From Eledone cirrhosa (lineage: Eukaryota), in the NCBI GenBank assembly GCA_964016885.1, contig OZ024758.1:20274001-20338000 (forward strand): 64,000 bases of DNA. The letters are read 5' to 3'. Shown here piece by piece: positions 57,494-64,000 of this stretch. Made by a program: the position numbers and the translations under genes. The notes beneath the pieces were generated by a model, which worked only from the letters and a program-made list of their open reading frames with translations, was not told the DNA's origin and ran no database searches. The first letter of the stretch is position 1. Every line of letters starts with the position of its first letter.

Positions 57494-58435
57494 CTGATCT
57501 GTCATTTTATCATTCAGTTGCTTTCTTAGTGTTCTTAGTATTCGTCTTTCTCTCGTTAGAATGTTAGCGATGAGGTTTGACAAGTGAAATTTAGAGTCTC
57601 AAATACGATTCTATGAGTCAGTGTGCACACATCGTTTATTGCCAGCTTGGCTTGCTTCCGAAATTCTGACTCATATATAGTGTGTACATGAGAAAATATA
57701 GACACCATGTATAAACATATGTTTTATAAGAGAAATAATACAGCAATAATGAAAAGACGCCAGTTGTCCAAACGAAAGAGAGAAACGAAGCGGATAGAAG
57801 ACATACATGATTTACGTGTTTGGAAGTAGATACTATGTGTCAGTAATTTCAGCCAGCCGATGTATAAATATTTGTGTGAGTGTATATGTGTTTGTACATA
57901 TCTATGTGTGCTTGTGCTTATATTACTTGTAAGCGTCAGTAATTCCAAGCAGACTATGTGTTTGTGTTTAAGTGTGTTTATGCATTTGTATGTGTGCCTG
58001 TTTGTATATGTATTTTTTCTGTGTGTTGTTTCTGTTGGAGTGTGTATATATATACATATATAGATTGGCACAATAATAGGAGTAGTGTAACTGATGTCAT
58101 ATTTTAAATGTTGTTTACTCGATGCTTATTCAAAACTGCAAGACTGTTTGTATTGAGAAAAAAGAGAGTGGATGAAAATGAGATACATATATGAGAAAAG
58201 AACATCATATCGTTTGACGTCAAATAATGACGTCTGTTTATCTCTTCCTGCCATTATATTAATATATTCAGAATTTATCTATTTTCTTAAAGAATTGCTT
58301 TTACCAAAGATGTGGGTGGGATGAGAAAATCCGGCTTTTACATTAGGGATTATTCTGGGATCTTATCATAAAGATTTCTGAGACAAATTATGTAATGGTC
58401 CATTGAGTAATGCCGACATTGTTTCAAGAACAAAA

Positions 58436-58479
<44 letters not shown>

Positions 58480-58530
58480 TTTATCTTTTCTCTTTATATA
58501 TATATATATTACATGTTTCTCTTTATTATA

Positions 58531-58572
<42 letters not shown>

Positions 58573-59307
58573 TATATATAGATATATTCATTCGGAGTAT
58601 ATTGATTCATGACATAATGAGTTAAATTAGAATATCATTCTGAAAATATTTTAATTAATTAAACATAGAAATACGAACAAGGATAAGATAAAAACATATA
58701 TACAACATTCCTGATAATGAGCACGCTGTTTAGAAGCTATAGAAATGCTTTGCAAATCAATATTGTCGTTGATGGTAATCTATTAAAAATGTCGGTAAGA
58801 TTTATTTTCCAGCGAAAACATTTCAGTGATTACATATATTGACCTATATTTTTCAGGAAAGATTTTCACATATATACGTGTTTATGGCAGATGGAATATG
58901 ATTTACTTCACAAGAATATCTATTTACAAGTAAACTATAAATGCCTTAGTGACGCATATACAGCCATTTAGTAAAATACACATACTGTATAGAATTGCTT
59001 CCATTAATTTACGGGTACGCACACACACAGATATACAGTTTTATGCAGAAGACTCAAATAGTATTTCGAAATTGACGCAGTCATGACTCTATGGTTAAGG
59101 TGATGGTTTTGTAGAAGCAATTTATTTAGAACTATCTCACTAATTTGTACCTTGTAGAAATATCCCCTAAAATATCGGGTGGACCACACCCAAGGAATAA
59201 TGTTTTAGAAGAAACTCTCAGAAGTCTTATCCTATACACACTCTCTGACAGATAAATAAATACATACCCATACAGACACGTATATACATACACATATATG
59301 CGTTATT

Positions 59308-59979
59308 TCTGTATATATATATAAAATTAAGTATGTGTGTGTGTGTGTGTGTATATATTACCTATAGGGGCCTACATCTTACGACCGATTTTCATGAAAC
59401 TTCACAGGCTCATAGATTCGTCATCGGGGAATGTTTTCCCTATATCAGCGTAAGGTTTATTTTATTCAGGGCTAATTTTGCAGATACAAATCGATAAGGG
59501 GATCACCTTTTTTTAGGTATCGAATAATATTCCGTCTTTTCGGCTCTAGCCCCCACATTTTCCTACCGATTTCCTTCAAATTCGAAACTTCGGCTCCACC
59601 TTACACATAAATCAATGTATTTGTTTCATCTATTATACTACGGTAGAACCTATCTTTGCACATCTTATAGATCGTCAAAGGCAAAACGATGGTCACTGAC
59701 GTTGTCTGAGCTTTTAGTTGTGTATGTGAGAATTCATCGGTCCAATCAAGTAGCGTGAGGTAATTTGGCTTAGTGTTAGTGGTCAATACCTCCGTCCGTC
59801 AGCATGCCCCTTCGTCAGTCATCCGTGTTTCACAGTGATAGAGGTCATAACCACCCTCCACCGCATGGCCTGTGTGTGGCCATAGCTGATTCATTGAGAA
59901 GTTGTTGCTAAGATCAACACCTTTTCATCAAAGCGGATATTATTTTACCTACCCAGGCAATGCTGGGTACTTCTGCTAC
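59308..59979 (+). mobile_element. Non-autonomous Helitron-like element
   Basis: 5' TC-(TA)n-AAAA..(GT)n start; 3' hairpin ACCCAG-GCAATG-CTGGGT then CTAC|T (a CTAG variant). Confidence 0.65.
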
Positions 59980-60377
59980 TAATTATATATTGCTCCAACG
60001 TTGTGGCTGTCTAATTACTAAAGTACTGAACGAAGAAACGTATAAAAAGAATAATATATATTTTATATAAAAGGAAACCAGTTATTTCTGTCTTATGCGT
60101 TTTTCTAATGCACCACAGCATTCATCTTATTTTTCTAAAATATTAAACATAATCTATACTGAGGAATGAATATGATAATGTAGTTTAATAGATCAGCCTG
60201 CCACCTAACTGTAATCGTATAGGATATCATGATCACAAGGTCATGGGTTTGATTACAGGACCGGATGACATGTGTTTCTAAGCAAGGGGCTTCATCTCAT
60301 ACAACCGTTTCTGTGATAGTATTTCGGCGTTTATTACTTAAAATGCAAATATTTCTACTACGAGTTAAATCACTTAA

Positions 60378-60667
60378 CCCTTTAGCATTTAAACCGGCCA
60401 TATCCGGCCAGAATTATTTCACCTCTTTCCGATCAAATTTGCATAACTGTCCGTTCATACTGATGTTAACGTATTGTTCTCAAATAAATACTATCAAAAT
60501 CCCGTAGATTGGATATTATGTGAAATAATTACGTGAGGTAAAGATTCTACTGTGAAAATACAATAATAAATCTATTAATGTAAATGCTATGTGAGATAAT
60601 TATGTGAGAGAAAGCCTCTACTATGAAAATACAAAAGTATATATATAGTAATAAAAATAATAAAGGG
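60378..60667. mobile_element. piggyBac-type MITE
   Basis: TTAA|CCCTTTA...TAAAGGG|TTAA termini, with an internal ~70 bp duplication. Confidence 0.75.
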
Positions 60668-61054
60668 TTAAAGATGCTATCTGAACTTGTAATTATATAT
60701 AAGTCCTCTTATCGCTTCGCCAGACTACACCCATTTAGTGTTGCTCACAGAGCCTTGCCTGGGATGGTAACGTATCAATTTCATTAGTGTGTTTGAATTT
60801 TCAAGACTGGGGCAAAATAAACGGTGCTTCATAGTTTAAATGCCCGCATTGAATTTTTGGAATCGACATCTGTTGTTGTAAAGCAACTATTAAAATGCTA
60901 CCCGTTCATTAATTCCACAATGTTCTAGTACAGAGAGTTTGGTAATGCAGTTCTACCTAAAACGGTTGCAGCATTGACTAGCTACCTTAGGAAAAGGCCT
61001 TGGACAAAAATATATTTTATGAAGAAGTCAAAACTTGTAATTAATATAGTAGAA

Positions 61055-61833
61055 AATGGCTGTCATAGTGATAGCGACCATAGCTCTGAATTAGTGGAAA
61101 TCATTTCGTTTTATTACGGTGGCAGGGAGATTTATTTGTGAACAACACTACTTCGGTCAAGAAATATATGTAACTAAACAAAAGTAAATGCTTGAAAATT
61201 TAATGAAAATACTTTATCGATTGCAATATAACCGTTGTTATATTACGTTAATTCACCAAATTCTGTTCAGTAACGGAACGAAAATTAGTAATCACACTAG
61301 TAATATTTCGATTTATCGTTCCTGCTAAGGGAATTATTTGCTCATGATGTGCAACGAAACCGAAATATAGTTCAATATTCAGAATATTAGGCTAATTTAG
61401 CAGTGAATTCTATATTACATTAATTGAAATGTGCATTTCGGGTTGGTCTCCCAAACGATTTCCACTACATGTGGTCATTTAGATAAATCTTGTCACGAAA
61501 TTTGTAATTTTAATTAATTAGAAATTGGAGAATTCGACTTCAAGTATGGTAGAGCACTTTTCTATATATCATGTTTCACAGAAGCAACAACTTAAATGAT
61601 ATATAACGGTACACGTTTAACAGAGTATTTTATGATAATTATTGAAAACGCAATGGTATTAGCTTTGCCAGTTATATTTAAAACCCGCACGCACATACAG
61701 CTGTATAGTGTTAAGGAAAAAGAGCTTGCTAAACAGAGAGTTATGTACAGGTGTGCTGTATATTATTATAAATAAACTGTTTTGGAAATGTATATATAAC
61801 ACATTATCACAACACTATGACCCTCCCCATATA

Positions 61834-61893
<60 letters not shown>

Positions 61894-62073
61894 GGCTGTC
61901 ATAGCGATAGACACCGTAGCTCTAAATTAGTGGAAATTATTTTGTCTTATTACGGTGGCAGGGAAATTTATTTGCGAACAACACTACTCCGTTCAAGAAA
62001 TATATCTAACTAATCAAAAGTAAATGCTAGAAAACCTAATGAAAATACTTTATCGATTGCAATATAACCGCTG
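61055..62073 (+). repeat. About 180 bp direct repeat (61055-61236 and 61891-62073)
   Basis: AATGGCTGTCATAG..TTATTACGGTGGCAGGGA..ATGAAAATACTTTATCGATTGCAATATAACCG is present in both. Confidence 0.88.
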
Positions 62074-62387
62074 TGTGTGTATATATATGTATATACAATT
62101 ACATATATATATACACACATACACACGCATACACACACATGCATACACACACACACATACATACACACATATATATATATATATACACACAAAGGCATTA
62201 CACTGTTAACTAGAGGATGATTGTTAAAACACAGCTTCGGCTGGAAGAGTTCGACGAGTAATGTAAAATGAAATAGCGTGTGATAATGTGGCAAACACTC
62301 CAAACATCAGACAACTATTCATATAGTTTCCCTTCTGTCCTGCCTTACATTGAGCTGACCACATCCACCTGACTCGTTCAAAATCAA

Positions 62388-62522
<135 letters not shown>

Positions 62523-62667
62523 ATACATGTGGACGGTTGTATTGCGGTAACCGTTTATCTTTCACCGAAAGTGATTTTTCATTACATCTCTTCTTTCCAT
62601 GATATCCGGAATACATTGAGTTCTTCATACGGATTGGACACTACCGTAAACTCTTGGTAGATTTATC

Positions 62668-62720
<53 letters not shown>

Positions 62721-62729
62721 ATATATATA

Positions 62730-63040
62730 TGATTCCAGGTCCTCAGTGAAATAACAACCCAACCAGGAACTGGGCATATCAGAGTATTGACAAAATTATA
62801 CACCTCAACAACATATGTACTTGTCTATACCACACTAATTCGGACTGCCTGAAGAGGTCTAAGCCAAAGATGGCTGTCACCGAAATATTTATAGCAGTAA
62901 TAAACGAAGCTAGATTTTAAACATTTGACTTTTTATTTTACTTTATTTTACATTACTCCGGAGTAACCAAACCAAACTGCGCACTTCGTCGAGTGCTCCA
63001 GCCTGCATACTGAGCTGTTGGTATACAGCCAACATATACT

Positions 63041-63043
<3 letters not shown>
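62730..63043 (+). mobile_element. About 310 bp hammerhead-bearing element (family H1) between microsatellites
   Basis: End-to-end match with 38628-38937. Confidence 0.8.
62844..62898 (+). ncRNA. Type I hammerhead ribozyme motif with intact core
   Basis: ACUGC CUGAAGA GGU-CUA-AGCC-AAAGAU-GGCU-GUC-ACC GAAA UAUUUA UA|GCAGU. Confidence 0.72.
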
Positions 63044-63116
<73 letters not shown>

Positions 63117-63189
63117 CTATATATATGTATATATATATATATGTATCTATATATATATGTATCTATATATGTATATATATATATATATA

Positions 63190-63320
63190 TAGCGGCGATG
63201 AATTAGTTTTGCGAGGTTTTTTATATGAAATCGTGTGTCGAAACAGATATTGTTATATTTGGGGAGGGTCATATTTGCATAATATTACCAGAATTAATAA
63301 CAGATCACACTCACTGTTTG
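63190..63320 (+). repeat. GGAGGGTCAT-family repeat next to (TA)n
   Basis: GAAATCGTGTGTCGAAAC..TTTGGGGAGGGTCATATT matches 27600-27680. Confidence 0.7.
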
Positions 63321-64000
63321 GTTGGTTTTCGCTTCTCGCTGTCTTTTATATATATATATCTGCGATCTAACTTACTCGGTCCTCAATGTTGCCATTGACT
63401 GACCGGCGGTCAAAAATAATACAGATACAATATAGACACAAACACATATATATAGTTTACATAATTTACATAAATCTTTCGTTGCACATCTGCAACATCG
63501 TCAGTGGTGTTATATTCATTGTTCCTCCTGTTGTGGTGTATGTCTACGCCATTTTTTTTTGTTCAGTCTGTCTATATATTTATTTATTTATTTGCTTGTT
63601 TGTTTATCTTATTTTATGTTGTCTTCTTTGCGCATGCGTTTGCGTGTGTGTATAGTGTTATGTGTGATGTGTGACTAGTGTGTATAGTGTTGTGTCTGGT
63701 GGGTGACTAGTGTGTGTTTATGTGCTTGTTTATGTATTTATTTATCTTATTTTATTTTATTTTATTTACTTATTTATACTTCTGTTAGGTCAGTGTTGTT
63801 TGTTTGGGTGTTGTTGTTGTTCCACTCATTCTTTCTGTTTAGCTTTGGTCTTCTAATTTCTATTTCACTGGCCTCTCTGATTTGCCTATCTGCTGGGTCA
63901 TTCCTATGTTTAGATATTATTCTAATTTCTATGTTGTCTATGTTACCGTCATGTTGTTGTCTAGCATGTTCGTATAGTACTGACCCGTTTTTTCGTCCTT

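Noticed and set aside
57191-57583. 130 aa minus-strand ORF that looks like a host exon
   Set aside because: It is the antisense shadow of a CRE retrotransposon fragment that also occurs at 21745-21912.

Overview
AT-rich eukaryotic DNA dominated by repeats. The very long (TA)n/(TATG)n/(CA)n microsatellites and about 30 copies of one tRNA-derived SINE resemble an octopus-type cephalopod genome; this taxon is inferred, not verified. I found no intact host gene, and most listed ORFs are microsatellite or antisense artefacts. Recognisable coding remnants are all transposon-derived: a 3.5 kb frameshifted L1/Tx1-like LINE, a 5'-truncated Penelope-like (Naiad-type) element with an inverted pseudo-LTR, and short 3' fragments of CRE-, R4/Dong-, RTE- and Ingi/Vingi-like elements. 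Non-autonomous Helitron-, hAT- and piggyBac-type elements are also present. Three structural signals stand out. (1) Several short microsatellite-anchored repeat families carry minimal type I hammerhead ribozyme folds, including a family with a non-canonical U3-A8/C13 core. (2) A foldback hairpin element has a LINE and a SINE inserted at the same site. (3) A ~610 bp RTE-derived element forms (TATG)n-linked tandem arrays and has a fixed, possibly pseudoknotted 5' end. All alignments and folds were done by eye, so coordinates are approximate to a few bases.
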